Counted from the stretch's first letter, positions 22,131 through 35,399 are shown. The stretch: 64,000 nucleotides of DNA from Felis catus (GCF_018350175.1 NC_058368.1:1178001-1242000); one strand, 5' to 3'. Numbers and translations: made by a program. The notes: a model not told the origin generated them from the sequence alone.

Positions 22131-24842
22131 AACAACGTGTGTACAATTATTAGGTAGAGAATTTGAGTTTTAAAATAAGCTTTATGGAATTATAATTTAT
22201 TTCCTTAAATCAAGAAAAAATAATTTTAGTGACATTTCCACATAATTAACAGGCTAGAGAAAATATATCTGGACTCTTAACCATAGGGAGAGGTGACTTC
22301 TACCCTATTGCACTTACTGATGCTTATGGTGATGGAAATACTTACTACTCATGCCCCCAGGGCAGAGAAGGGCTCTAGCGTCCAGGGCCCTGGATACCTC
22401 ACATAGCCACAAAACGTAACGCATGCTTTGATATTTTACGTGAATGGAAATCACAACAGCCCCCTGAAAAAACACCATCGGCCCTGTTGGATTGCAGAAT
22501 TCTACTTCTTAACAAATTTGTGATTTTCAAGGAGACGAATCTAATTTCACACTCCTACCCATTCACTAATTGGGCCAATTAGACTATGGTCAATTCATAA
22601 TACTGGCATCTTCATCAACGTATGGTGAAGAAAATCCAATTTTAAAGTGCAGCAACTTAAAAACTTTTTAAAGATGACTGAAATGTAAAAACTATAATTA
22701 TAGTTCTCATTCTCATCTCCAACCCCACTCAGAATTCCATCCTGGGTAAGTCAGAGGGTTATTACTAACATTTATAACGGTAGGACTTGAAGAACCTGTG
22801 GTCACATCCCCTGAATGAGTTGTGCTTTCCCCATTAGCTGCAGTCGCGACCAAAGCTTTTTTTTATCGGGATGCTTTTTCAAACTAGGGTTTTCCAGTGG
22901 CCCTCCTCGGCCAGGCCGGCTGGGCCCTACTGCCTGAGCCTAAGGCGTCCACTGTATGTGACGAATGTCTGCGTCTACAATGGCACTAGCTATGCCCAGC
23001 CGAGGGAGAACTGGGAGAGCAGTCACTCAGTTTTCTGTAAGGCTCAAATCTGAGAGAGGCTGAACGCGTACGTATGGGAAATTAGCATTTCTCAAGCCGT
23101 GGAGGGGCGACTGTCCACGTCTGCAGCAAACGTTAACACTCTAATGAACATGCTGCACCCATTCATCCGAGAATGGGAATCACAGTCTTTTTCATCAGAT
23201 GCTGGTGGGTCACTCTTTATGATATAAAACACCAAGTGCGTTTAGAGTGTGGCTCCAGAGGAATTGTCAGGAAATTGGAGTTCATTCATATAGAGAAAGG
23301 AATCAAGTTGGAAAGTGTTTGGTGTTTTGCTGAATAAGGGCTGACAATACTCAGTGGAAGTCGGAGGGTGAGAAGGACCAGGCTCAGCATGACTCCCGTT
23401 CATCGGTCTATAAACAGAGATGAAGACAGGACAGCAGAGTGTGCAGTACAGAAAATTCTGCCACCTTCCAGCCACAACCCACAGAGAAATAGCCCTGTCA
23501 GTGCAGCGATCTGCATGGGTGACAAATGAGGCGCACGCACATCCGAAATCAGCACATGCATTTACACAGGAAGTAAAACCCAGATACTTTTATTTACACT
23601 TTAGAAAGCAAACAGGCTGCCCACAAACAATGGTTAGGAAACTCTAAGAGGTTTTGTTTTTGTTTTGTTTTTTTTTTTACTCTTAAAAAAATGTAGGTCA
23701 TTGATTCATCTGTATAAATCATTTTTCTGGCAAGAGTGGTTAACTTTTAACCTCCCATTCAAAAACTTCACAACTTCAAGTATTTGAAATGCACTTAAAA
23801 TTTCCCCTGCTTTTATTTTGTATCGTACATTCTCATAACCATTAGCTGACTCCTGAGGTCGAAGAATTTCTTTTAAAAGAAAATCCAAATCTTTACTAGT
23901 ATGTAATGGGACAAATTAGCATTCTCTCGGTCACTATTCATCTTAATGGTACTATTTTTCCTTCATTTTTCCTGAAAGAAAGTCGGGGGGTGGGGGTGGA
24001 TAGGCATACCTGTACAATTCAGATCAAAGCACAAAATATCATTTAAAAAATAAATACCTAAGGCATACCTGCCACACTTGTATTTCAATTTCCTCAACTG
24101 TTTAAAAATTACCCCAAGTGTCGCTGCGTTTCTACCTGCTCTCTTACCAGCAACCTCCGCGGCTCTCGCCTGCTGGATCTCCGCCCCTGGAGGGTACCTG
24201 CTCATCGTCACTCGTCACGAAGCGTACAGTGTGGAATCCTGGGCTTCCCAGGCAATTTCAGAAACTCAAATGACAGTCTACGGACTCGCTCTAGGTCTTT
24301 TTTTAGTGCAGTTTGGCAAATATCCCAAATGAAATTCAACTCTAAGTTAAAAGTATCAAACAGAGATAGTGCTAAGGGCATCTGTGACTTTGTGGGCTGC
24401 CCAGAGGCTCTGGGGAAGCGTAGGAATGGAAAAGCCAATTGCCCCCAGGTAAAGACACCTGTCGCTTTACCACAACGGAACAGTTACCCACAGAGACGGC
24501 GGGAGCCCAAGGCCGGACAGCAGCACCTGCAAAGGCGGCCCAGGTTGTTGGACTCTTGGGTTGCCGTGAACATCTTTCAAGGTCATCTTTCAAGCCCCTG
24601 CACCCACGTTGCCCCCACCTCCCCCTCTCAGCAAGCACTGACGTTCTCCCCACTCTACCTCACAGTGTTAAGAACAGCAAGCATGGACACACAGAAACCT
24701 GCTCTCCTCCTCGTGATCTTCCCCTTCCGCCACTGCAGTGCCCTCTCCCTTCCAGGCTCTGTCTACCTGCAGACTGGAACTGCACTTTGGTTTTGGTTGC
24801 GAGAAGAAACGGTTATTATAAAGCTGTCTGGAGAGACGCCCG

Positions 24843-26198
24843 CTAGATGGCCAAGTCATTCGGTCTGGCCCGGCCGCCGCTGGACTTACTGGCCTTGCTC
24901 GACCGCCCGGGGTCTGCGGGGGGCAGAGGAGGCGCGAGCATCTCCACCTCGGGGCTCCCCGCCTGCTCCCCGTCCAGGTCGGGGGTCCCCGCCGATTTGC
25001 CGTCGTCGCCCAGGCTGCTGCCGGTCCCGTCCGCCAACGGGCCGGGGGCGCTGCCGCCCGCGCCTGCGTCCTGAGCCAGCTGCCCGGTGCTGCCCGCCGG
25101 GCTCAGGGAGGCAGAAGCGGACACGGGCGGCGAGGCCTTTCTCCCGGCCGCCTGCTGCTCGGTCTCCTGGTTGGCCCAGTTCTGCTCTGCCGCTAGCAGG
25201 TGGTGGTTGCCGTTGTGGAATCTGGCAGGGCGAGCCTTCTCGCGCGCCTCAGACGGGGCGGCCGTGCCGAGGTCGGTCGCCGGCGGAGGGGCCCCGGGGT
25301 AGCCCGCGGCGGTGGCCGGTCCCAGGGAAGAGGCGGAGTGGGTGTAGTAAGGCGGGAATCCGATGGTGACCGTGGGCAGGGCGGACGGGGAGGGGAGCGG
25401 CAGCGGGCTCGCGCCGCCAGGCTTTGCGGCCCCCAGCCTGGATTCGGGGGAGTCTGAGCGGTAGTGGTTGGTCATCCCCTGTTTGAGCTTCTTCCAGCCC
25501 AGGTGGTAGATCTCCAGCATGTTGAGTAGCAGCGACACGCAGGCCACTGCCAGCATGAAGATGATGAATATGGTCTTCTCCGTGGGCCTGGAGATGAAGC
25601 AGTCCACCGTGTTGGGGCAGGGCCACCGGTCACAGCGGTAGAGGGGCTTCAGCTCGAAGCCGTACAGAAAGTACTGGCCGGCGATGAAGCCCACTTCAAA
25701 GAGCGTCTTAAAGATGATGTTGAAGACATAGGTCCGCAGCAGGGCGCCGGCGATGCGGATCCGGCCCCGGTCATCGCGCACCGGCGGCCGGTCCTTCTGG
25801 CCGTGGCCGCCGGGCCCGCAGCGCGCGGCCGGCCCGGGGTGCGGGCCGTCGGCCTTCAGCAGCTCCTCCTCGCGCTCCTTCTTCTTCTCTTCCATGCGCA
25901 CGATGTGCAGCACGTGGCCCAGGTAGATGAGCGTGGGCGTGGACACGAAGATGATCTGCAGCACCCAGAAGCGGATGTGGGAGATGGGGAAGGCCTTGTC
26001 GTAGCAGACGTTCTCGCAGCCGGGCTGCTGCGTGTTACACGTGAAGTCCGACTGCTCGTCCCCCCAGACCTCCTCGGCCGCGGCGCCCAGCACCAGGATC
26101 CTGAAGATGAACAGGACCGTCAGCCAAACCTTGCCAATGACCGTGGAGTGCTCCTGCGCGTTCTCTAATAGTCTCCCCAGAAAGCTCCAGTCGCCCAT
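24843..26198 (-). CDS. GJA3: Gap junction alpha-3 protein (connexin 46), 451 aa, single coding exon
   Basis: N-terminus [38 protein letters not shown] is diagnostic for Cx46. Extracellular cysteine motifs [12 protein letters not shown] and [12 protein letters not shown] are present, with four hydrophobic segments and a C-terminal DLAI PDZ-type motif. ATG at 26198, TAG at 24843. Confidence 0.98.
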   Translation of the reverse strand: MGDWSFLGRLLENAQEHSTVIGKVWLTVLFIFRILVLGAAAEEVWGDEQSDFTCNTQQPGCENVCYDKAFPISHIRFWVLQIIFVSTPTLIYLGHVLHIVRMEEKKKEREEELLKADGPHPGPAARCGPGGHGQKDRPPVRDDRGRIRIAGALLRTYVFNIIFKTLFEVGFIAGQYFLYGFELKPLYRCDRWPCPNTVDCFISRPTEKTIFIIFMLAVACVSLLLNMLEIYHLGWKKLKQGMTNHYRSDSPESRLGAAKPGGASPLPLPSPSALPTVTIGFPPYYTHSASSLGPATAAGYPGAPPPATDLGTAAPSEAREKARPARFHNGNHHLLAAEQNWANQETEQQAAGRKASPPVSASASLSPAGSTGQLAQDAGAGGSAPGPLADGTGSSLGDDGKSAGTPDLDGEQAGSPEVEMLAPPLPPADPGRSSKASKSSGGRARPNDLAI

Positions 26199-26241
26199 TG
26201 CTTCAGCTTGCTAACCTGCAAGGGAACATTACCGGTTAGTA
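26199..26241 (-). other. GJA3: GJA3 intron 3' splice site, branch point and 17-nt 5' UTR part of the coding exon
   Basis: Minus strand reads TACTAAC(26241-26235)-cggtaatgttcccttgcAG(26217-26216)|gttagcaagctgaagcaATG. This fits the usual connexin layout of a non-coding exon 1 plus one coding exon. Confidence 0.85.
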
Positions 26242-27984
26242 GGAAGGAGGCCGCGGGGGGGGGGGGGGGGGCGGGCAGGGGCAGGGGCAGGGGCCGGCGG
26301 GCGCGGGAGGAGCGGGAGCCGGCACGCGGCGCTGGGCGATCGCTCCCCTGCGAAGCCGTCCTCCCGCTGCCAAACGAGGGAGGCGCTGCGGAGCCCTCCA
26401 CGGCGCGCGCGTGCAGAGTGTGCGTGCGCCCGTGTGCGTGTGTGCACGTGCGTGCGTCTTCCCACCGTAGGCCCCGAGCCGGGTTACAGCCACGCCCGCA
26501 GCGCCGGTGTCACTCGGAACTACTGTCGCAGGACACGAGTGCGGCACGAACCAGATGCCCACAGGTGACTGAAGCCCTTAAACCCTGTGTCTCCATCTAA
26601 GATGGGACGATGGTCATTGGGTCATGCGCAGTAAGCTGCTTCCTAGAGGAGGGACGGAGGGCCCGTGGACCCCCCTGTGGAGGTAGCTGTGGTCCTCGGA
26701 CGCGGGGGCCCAAGATGAGAAGGGGTCCTCCGTGTCGCTGCTGCCCCAACAGGCCTGACGCTTCCAACCGGAACTGAAAGGCAGCTCCATTCTTTGCGTC
26801 AGGAGAGCAGTCTACGCGGTGAGTTCCGGCAGCACTGAAGGACACTCTTCTCATTTTGAATTTTAAAAATGTTCACAAATATTAATTTTTATGAACTGGT
26901 GTGAAGACAAACAAAACATAACTTTACTCACCATGATCTAAAGAAACAAATGTTAACGCTCTCTTGGAATAAACTTCCAACCCTTTGTTTCCGTCATTCG
27001 AGGTCTTTGGAGAAACGTTACTATTCACATATCCTACCAGCCTCCTTGCCCCTGTTGTGACTGGCGTCTGTTCTATTTGGCATGTTCTTACAAGGGAAAA
27101 TATTTTAATGTAGAAACTGAATTATTGGACATGAAACAACCCACTCTCGCATGAAGGATGTCAGGTGTCAGGGAACCGTTCTAGATGACATCCTGCTTAC
27201 CCTAAACCCCGGATGTCATGATGTCTCTGACCGCCCTCTCTGCCCATAGCCATGGCCCTTCCCTCCACTCTACTGAAGCGTTTCCCCTGGGGCACAGGAC
27301 AGAAGCCTTGACCGTGCGTCCCAGCCCTGCATCCCTGATCCAACACCCTGGTGACACATGCTTCTTGTGATCCCTGAGACGGCCTTGATGCCTTTGCATG
27401 TCCTGTTTCTTCAACTTCAGACTTGGCCCCAGGCCAGGCGGGGACTGGCCTATTGACCTCCACTCTCCCTTCAGGAGGGGCCAACTCAGGCTGACACGGG
27501 TGCCCTGTGTTTTCTCTTCCTCTTATCATGGCCTGGCTTAACGACTGTTGCCCCCTTTGCATTCCAGGAGGTTCTCTCCATCCTCCCACACCTCCCACCT
27601 TGCTAAGCTGCGAACGGCATCCTCCCTCCTTGCTGTCCCTGGACACACACAGCCTCCAGAGTTTCTACAGAAAACCACCTTTAAGCACCTTGACTGCTTG
27701 TGGACTTTCTCCCTAATTCTAGTTCTGAGGTTGGGGTTTGTTTGCATGTGCACCCTTTCCTCCTTGATGTCTGCAGGCAGAACAGCTGGGCCGTAGCATT
27801 TCTGGAAGTCTCTAAGGAAAGGTCAGTTCGGGAAATTTATTCTTCTTCCTGCCACCTTCCCAGATGTGCAGGCAGGTTCTGCCTTGTCCAGCACAGCATA
27901 ATGTGCTAAAAGGGAGTCAATGCGATGTGCCTGGTGGGTTCTTCCCACAAGGCTGGTGGCACAGAATGCCACGAGGGAGGGCCT

Positions 27985-28126
27985 GCTTGTCACAGGGCCT
28001 GGGAAGTGTTGCTGGCATTGCCCTGCAGGGCCAGGAAAGCAAAATGTTCCATAATGATTGGGGCGTCCCCCACAGTAAAGAGCTGGCCCGCCCCAAATGT
28101 CCATTGTGCACCTGTTGAGAAACACG
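27985..28126 (+). mobile_element. hAT-Charlie MITE (MER20/MER3-like)
   Basis: Ends CCCACAGTAAAGAGCTGGCCCGCCCCAAATGTCCATTGTGCACCTGTTGAGAAACAC. Confidence 0.65.
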
Positions 28127-28524
28127 GGGCCAAGGAAACATTTCTTCAATTAGTAAATCAGACGAGAGGGGGTAACGGCTGCTGACTGTGGCATCTTGTT
28201 ACTCACCTTTGCTGGCCCAGCCTCTCCAGAGTTCTTTAGGTCCAGGTGCTGCAAACACTTTCAGACAGGTACCCTTAAAATGAATTGTGACCTCTGGGTG
28301 CAGCTACGGAATCACAACGTGTTATCATCTGCATACTTTGTGGGTACTCTGGCATGTGTCAAAGCTCAGGAAATCCTAAAGAGGGGACAACTAAGAATGT
28401 GTCCGGTGGGGGGGGCAGGGGAGAGCCCACTGCTGATGCACTGCGTGACGGCACACACTGACAAGGTCTTTCTGCAAAGGAGTTCAGTAATATGTAAGAA
28501 GAGATATAAAAATCATGATACCTT

Positions 28525-28736
28525 GGGGCGCCTGGGTGGCTCGGTTGGTTAACTGTCTGACTTCGGCTCAGGTCACGATCTTGTCATAAGTGATCTCATC
28601 TCAATCTCATGAGTTCGAGCCCCACATGAGGCTGTGCATTGCCAGTGCAGAGCCTGCTTGGGATTCTCTCCTTCCTCTCTCTCTGTCCCTCCCCCGGTCG
28701 TGCTTTCTCTCTCTCTTAAAAACAAATAAACTTAAG
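28525..28736 (+). mobile_element. SINEC inserted in an old L1 fragment (~28430-28900)
   Basis: TSD ATCATGATACCT at 28512-28523 and 28737-28748. Confidence 0.9.
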
Positions 28737-28900
28737 ATCATGATACCTCTAACCTCTAATTCTACTCCTGGGACATCATACCAAGGAAACAATCAAGAGA
28801 TTTTGATGAATGGATGAACATGGATATTGACTGTGAATTATTCATAAGAAGGAATAATTGGAAACAGAAGTGCCCACTAAAGGATGAGCAATTAAACACA

Positions 28901-29345
28901 TAGTAGTGCCCAAGGCTGGTATCGGGATCTGGCTGACCCCGGTCCTGCTCCCATCCCCCTCTCCCTTGCCTGCCCGTAATGTGATCGGGGGAAGGGAAAT
29001 TCTTGCTTTCCCACCTCCTTTTGTTGTCTCCAATGAGGTATAAGAAGTTGGCTGGGGAGCTTCTGAGAAAGCTTTTGGTTTCCTAATAAAAGGGCAGATG
29101 GCTACCTTTGCCGTCACTTTCCCTATCTGCCTATGGTGAGGACAGATGCGATGCCTGGAGTGGGGCAGTCACTTTGCAGGCATGTATCAATAAGCATGAG
29201 GGAATGGTCAAGAAAGTCCCAAGGCACCTGTTGTGACACTGTGGACCTGCTGAATCAACCGCAACACAAGCTCTAGACTTATGTGAAGGGAGAAAACCCT
29301 GTTTGTTCAAGTTAGGTTTCCTATTGCTTGCAGACAATTCCTACA
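28901..29345 (+). mobile_element. ERVL-type LTR (LTR33-like)
   Basis: GCTTCTGAGAAAGCTTTTGGTTTCCTAATAAAAGGG...GATGCCTGGAG...TTTCCTATTGCTTGCAG. Confidence 0.6.
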
Positions 29346-31299
29346 CTCTCTTAAATTATTTACAGGTTAAGGCCAGCTACACATGAAAAGCTGTGACTCA
29401 TTCATAACTACTAAAATACAAGGTATTCATTAGACATAACTTTTAAGATCATTAGTGACTTGAAGATACGTTCATGCCATACTGATAAATGACAAAAACC
29501 TAATACAAAACCATAGCCTTTTACCCGCTATTTCTCACACATTCATACATGCAAAGGAAGAGCGGAAGGATACTGAAATGTGAACCACAGCATTTCTAGA
29601 ACTGGGTGATTTTTATTCTCTTTTCCCATTTCTTTGCATTTTCTGTAACAACTTATCACATTTATGGTCATAAAGGATTAATGACCGTGACTCATGTTTC
29701 AAAGTTCTAGTTTTTGAAAAAACCTGATTCTTTGTTCATTGTTCTTTCATTAAGGTGTCTACTCCTTCGACCTCTTTAATCATGTCCCTGGTAAGCGCTC
29801 AAAAGACAAATTGATACATGGGACATCAGCCCAATGTCAGATTGGAGACTGACCCTGGGGTCTCTGAGACGCATCACAGATCCTGACAATGGCTGTCACT
29901 GATGACACACAGCTTAAACTGGATTCTCCCGCCACGGCAGTCTGCCGAGTTCCCCCAACGCAAGGGCCGGCCTCTTTGTATCCTGATGTTCGCTGCTGAG
30001 TCTTACCACTACCACGCTTCACAGTTTGGGTTTTCTTCTGGAAAATACATGAATGAGTGAATAAAAACATTAACCAGAGGAGTATCTATGACAAGGCCTG
30101 CAGTATGGGTCAAGGTCAGATCCAGATGGGAGACTCCACGGTAGAAGTGACATCCCCTCTCTTCAGAGTCGCCCCAGTCTGCTCCAGATGCCACGCAGAC
30201 GTTCTTAAGGTGTTTTATCAACACCACTTTTGGATCCTACCCCTCATACCAGTTCAGTAAGAAGACGAGAGCAGAGGAGTGAAGAAGCGGTCTGAACAGC
30301 AAGCCTCTGCTGCTAAGTAAGGACCAGCAACGGACCAGAGGAAGCCTCACGATCCACTGAGCATTGCCAGCCAGTGACACGGACACAAGGTGAGCGAGTG
30401 AAACAGCTTCCTGCTTGAGGAGAAAACGGGTTTATTCTTACTGTCGGTGTTGGGCCATTTCGGGACGAAAGCAGAGCAGCTCCTGACAGCTCCCAGGGCC
30501 GAGCGCTTAACTCCGCGAGGTGCCCGTGAGCTCACCGCAGAGCGTGGTGCACTCTAGGTGACTGCTCTCCCACAGCGGCAGTGGGGTCCTCGAGTACCTG
30601 GACGTCAGTTACCTGCACGAAGTGGCATTTAACTGATTTTTGCTTTTATCTCAAGGGAAACTTTGGTTCTGACACCAACACAGAACAAGAGCTGATGCTG
30701 CCGAGTGTATACGTGGCTGCTTCCCCGTTCTTCTGACCGTTCTACTTTCCCTTTCAGAGGTATACAGGTTCCCCTCGGCCTTCAGGAGGTGTTAAGCGTC
30801 CCTTGGGATCAATCAGTGGCTATCTATTCAGTGACCGTCTTGTGCTCAACTCTGGGCCACAGGTTCTGTTGAATACAGTGGAAGTGAACACATGGCGTCT
30901 ATCTGGGAATCTGTTTGTGGAGATGGGAGAACTCAGGAAAACGGGGAGCTGTACAGGTGCAGAGGGATCTCGGAGAAAAAGGAGATTAATAGGAGGACAT
31001 GCAGGCGGGGAAGGCTAGCCAGGGGAGAGTGGAATCTGAGCGGGGATTGAGAGAGGTGGCTTTGGGCAGGGGACAGGAGTGCACTTCAAGGCCAGAACAA
31101 CGTTCCCTTGGCAGCGGGAATATATGTGATCTGGTGTTAGGAAGCGGTGAGTTTAAACGGCTGCTTCTGCACAGAAGAGCTGTGTGGCCTGCACATAGTA
31201 GGCGTTCAGTAAACACGCGTGGGACAGATGAATGAAGGACATCGAGGGCCGCCAAACCACTTGGAGAGCGGGAGATAGGCCGAAAGTGCTGTTCAGGAA

Positions 31300-33730
31300 A
31301 GAAGGGGCCCCTCTAACAACGGCCAGTGGGGACTCAGGAAGAGTGATAATCTCCAAGTGAGTGCTGAAGGCCTGGGCTGAATGACAGCAGCAGCAAATGG
31401 AAAAAGGAAGGACAGAAAGGAGACACAGTCTGGAGACAAAAATAAAGCAGGATGTAGAGTCTGCCGAGAGTCAGTGAAAGGGAGAGGCATGAATTAAAGA
31501 CAAAGCTCACATTTCTGAGCCTGAGTGGGAAAATCAGGGGGTCGTTTGAAGACAGAAACATTGAGGGAGGCTTGCTAATTTGGGATTGGGAGACAAGGTG
31601 AAGACTGGTGGTTTTGTCTTTCCGGATCAAAAGCAGCGGTGGGACAGATGGGTGAGCTGCCCAGGAGGAAGCTGGAGACAGAACCAGAAAAGGCTGGAGA
31701 GGGTCCGCAGTGTAGCTCCACTCTCCCGGGGGAAGACGACAGAGCAGAGAACAAAGGACGGACGTCTGTGGAAAATCCAGCGAAACGGATGAAGACAGCA
31801 TGGGAAAGGACTCACCGCCCTCGGCGTGTGTGGTCCGTGTTCGGTGAAGGATCGCGGGACTGGCCAACTGGGTAAGAGCCTGAGACTAAGCAATGACGGA
31901 GAGCGGCGATGCCCGGACAGTGTGGAGGGAAGGGACCTTCCCCAGCGGGGGCCCGATCAGCTCTGCCAGACACGTTCACCTTGTCTGGCTTGTAGTTGCT
32001 TTTGCTTTCAGAGTAATGTCAGAAGACCCTTCCTTCTTTACCGAATTGACCCCAACACAGAGCCCTGTCTGAGCTACTAAGATGCAAGATTACGTTGGGC
32101 GTCAGTACGAGCACGGCCCACGTCACTGCTGGAGCGCCGTTCATGTCTCCGAAGGCACATTCTCTGACCGCTGTCAACACGACCGGAGAACGAGGGTGAC
32201 ACGGAAGCGAGGAGGCCGAAGGAGGACTTTGAAGAAGGAGGTGACGACCGGTGTCAGCATTCTTTGTGTGTTCGAGAAGGATGGGCATAAAGCAAAGGCT
32301 TTGATCTCACAATAAGAAGGCCACTGATGGTCTTTAAGTGCCCAGTCTAGTGGGAGCGTTGGGGCAGAAACAAAAGCCTAGACTGGGAGCTGAAGAGGCA
32401 GAGTGTGGGAGGGAAATGGAGGCACGACACAGAGAGTCCTGTTCAGTAGGTCTAGAACCTAAAGGAAGGGCGACAGGAAATGGGTAACAAGGCCCAGTGG
32501 AGGTGTTTTCAAGATAGGGAAGCCTGTGGGTGCTTGGCATCAGAGAGGCGGAGTCACAGGGACAGGAGGAGGGGGGGAGGGTCAGGCTGCCCAGCAGCAG
32601 GACGGGGCCAAAGGACGGGAGGGGGTGCTGCGAGGGCAGACGCAGGACGAGCATCCTCCGCGGTGATGACAAGGCTCTTCTCGGCGGGGTCGAGCAGGCG
32701 GTCATCTTCTCAGGCAAGGGCAGGACTTAAGCCCCTGAGAAGAAAAAAGGTTTGATAACCAGGGAACAGAGGGGATGAGAAAGGGACCGGGCTCCCCGAG
32801 TTCCCCGCACAGCCAGACTACAGGTTGCGGCCACTCAGTGAGGACTGAGCAAAGGCCACACTACCTGTGAGGTGCTCAGTGCTGAGCAACACAGAGCACT
32901 GCCTGGTGCCACGTAGGCTGTGGCGGGAAAGATGTGGGACAGAAGAGAAGAGAGGTCGGGTGCTGCGTGCTGTGGGTAGACGGAGAGTTGCGGCGGGGCA
33001 GGGGGAAGCACAGAGGGCAGTGCAGGGGCTGCTGAGGGCTGGGTGAGAGGGTGACATCACAGTGAAGAACTGGGCCTCAGATATGAGGGACGAGTCCAGG
33101 CAGAGGACGAGTCCAGAGGAGCAGACAGGTAGACACAGGTCAGGGAGGAAGTCTGGAGGTGGACAGATCGCGGCAGACAGTGATGAGAACTTTGGCTTAT
33201 GCTCCAAGTGAGACGAGAGGGCACTGGAGGGTTTGAGCAGAAGAGTGACGTAATCCGGCTTCCATCTTCACAGGACCCTCGTGGTTGCTGTGCCGAGAAC
33301 GGCTGTGGGGCGGAGGGGGTGAGGGTGATCGCGGAGGGTGCAGTGAGGAGGCTGTGCTATGATCCAGAAACGTGACAGTGGTGACAAATGGCTGAGTTTG
33401 CACAGACTCTGAAGGTCGGTCCAGCGTGATGTGCTGATGGGTCAAGGATCGGGTAGTGCCGAGGAGAGGCCAAGGTTTCCACCCCGAACAGGAGAAAGGA
33501 TAGGGAGAGCAGAGGAGGTACAGGTTTGGGAAAGGCATGGAAATCAGGAGTCCTGTTTTGGAGATGGTAAATGTGAGACATCTATCAGACATACAAGTGT
33601 CGAGGCCAGAGATAAACACTGGGGAGTCATCACCAAACCCCAAGACTGGACTGAGATCGTCTGAGGGCAGGGGAGAAGGACAGGGGGCTGAAGACCAAGC
33701 CGTGGGGTGCTCCAGCATTTGGAGGTTGAG
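31300..33730 (-). mobile_element. Fragmented L2 LINE fossils
   Basis: Purine-rich plus strand typical of antisense L2. Minus ORF 33197-33718 has FGDDSPVFISG...LTFTISKTGLLI, resembling L2 RT YADDSQIYIS...LNMSKTELLI. Confidence 0.7.
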
Positions 33731-34967
33731 TACGGAAGGACAAGCTTACAGAATAGCTGCTCATTAGGAAATGCAACTTTTAGTTAGGACTCTGGGAGAT
33801 TAACACCCAAAAGGTGTCATTTGTATTTTTACTTGATTCCCTTTCGTAACAATACATTGACACTAAAAATATTGTTACTTGGTTTTTAAGTTAGAGGTAA
33901 TGAAACATGAAGCATGGCTAGGCAAATTAATTTTGTGTTACCTGTGACTGCCTAGAACATTGTTGAGTAGGACCAAGAGGGTCACATACAGGCTTAGCCG
34001 GAAAGAGTTCTATGTTCGATTAATAATATCTGCTAAGGTTTGGTATGGGGCAGTGTGGCCCAAAAGCCAATTTTTGCCAGCCCTGAGTTGGCACAAATTT
34101 AAAAGAACACGGAAGGCTGAACCAGTCACGAATATGATGCAATGAAAAGTGGCTTATCCAATTATCTTTTTAGCAGGTGGAAAAACTGTTTTCCATTAGG
34201 CTTAAACCTTACCTGCCTATTTCAAGCTTTCACATTTAAAACAGTAATTTCCAGATGCCATGGGGACCGTCCCCTACGTTATTAAGTACTTACCACAGTT
34301 TTTCCATAATTCTGGTCTCTTCAGAAAGGAAACAGAATTCAAAATAAGTTCACCAAAATAACAAAAGACCCCCTCTTCTTTTACACTATAGCCTCACCTC
34401 CAACACTTAGTGTTGTCTGAGCTCCTAAGACGAAAGAGCAAGATGGGGACTAGGCTTTTAAAAGCTGGCTCGGTGCCACTTCCAATTCAGTGTCACAGCA
34501 ACGGGAGAAGTTCAGCCACACAGACAAGCATAACAGAGGACGAAACCGAACCCCTGAAGTTTCAGACTGAGTAACGTGTGACTTGTTTTCCATCTCCAGA
34601 AGACAACCGGTCACACCAACCAGCAGGGCACCAATGGCAACAGTCCTACATACACGTGACTGGTAGGACGAGCCCTCAACTTCGTTCTTCACAAAGTTGG
34701 CTTTTTTGTTCTTCCCTATGAAATTTAGCTTGTCAAGGCCCACAAAAATCTGAAACGTGACTTTGTTGGGACAAACGAAATTTATGGTGGCATCAAATGT
34801 AGCTCTTTGTGAACTAGTTTCTCCGCCAATAAAGCACAACTGATCCACCGCATAGACCTTCTTCATGCCCTTCAACAGTGTCTGAGGACACTGGAGCTAA
34901 AGGTCTTACACGTCTTTTGTTAGCTTTATCCCTAATTTATACTTGTTTGATTTGTTGTTCCAAATAG

Positions 34968-35358
34968 TTTTTTTTTTTAATTCTTTAATGTTTATTTATT
35001 TGAGAGAGAGAAAGAGAGAGCAACAGACAGACGGAATGAGCAGGGGAGGGGCAGCGAGACAGGGAGACAGAATCTGAAGCAGGCTCCAGGCTCTGTGCTG
35101 TCAGCAGAGGCGGATGCGGGACTCGAACTCACCTCGGTGCCCCTTAATTTTTTTAAGGTTTATTTTTGAGAGATTGAGAGAGAGAGAGAGCGAGCATGAG
35201 CAGGGGAGGGGCAGAAAGAAAGACACAGAATCTGAAACAGGCTCCAGGCTCTGAGCTGTCAGCACAGAGCCTGACGCGGGGCTTGAACTCACAAACCGCG
35301 AGACCATGACCTGAGCAGAAGTTGGATGCTAAACCGACTGAGCCCCCCCAGGCGCCCC
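34968..35358 (-). mobile_element. Two tandem SINECs (34968-35143 internally deleted; 35144-35358)
   Basis: Two T-tails and two SINE bodies in the same orientation. Confidence 0.9.
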
Positions 35359-35399
35359 TGGAACATTGTTTTTATAAACGGATCTTGTCTCCAGAAACT

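Larger units (their letters stand above)
20160..24842 (-). other. GJA3: Putative long GJA3 3' UTR (~4.7 kb including TE insertions)
   Basis: Mostly unique AT-rich sequence between the stop codon and the candidate poly(A) site. The extent is inferred. Confidence 0.55.

Noticed and set aside
24329..25369. 346-aa plus-strand ORF antisense to GJA3
   Set aside because: Shadow ORF of a GC-rich coding region and its UTR; no domain or supporting gene structure.
34450..34875. 141-aa intronic ORF on the GJA3 strand
   Set aside because: Non-ATG start, no recognisable domain and no supporting splice structure.
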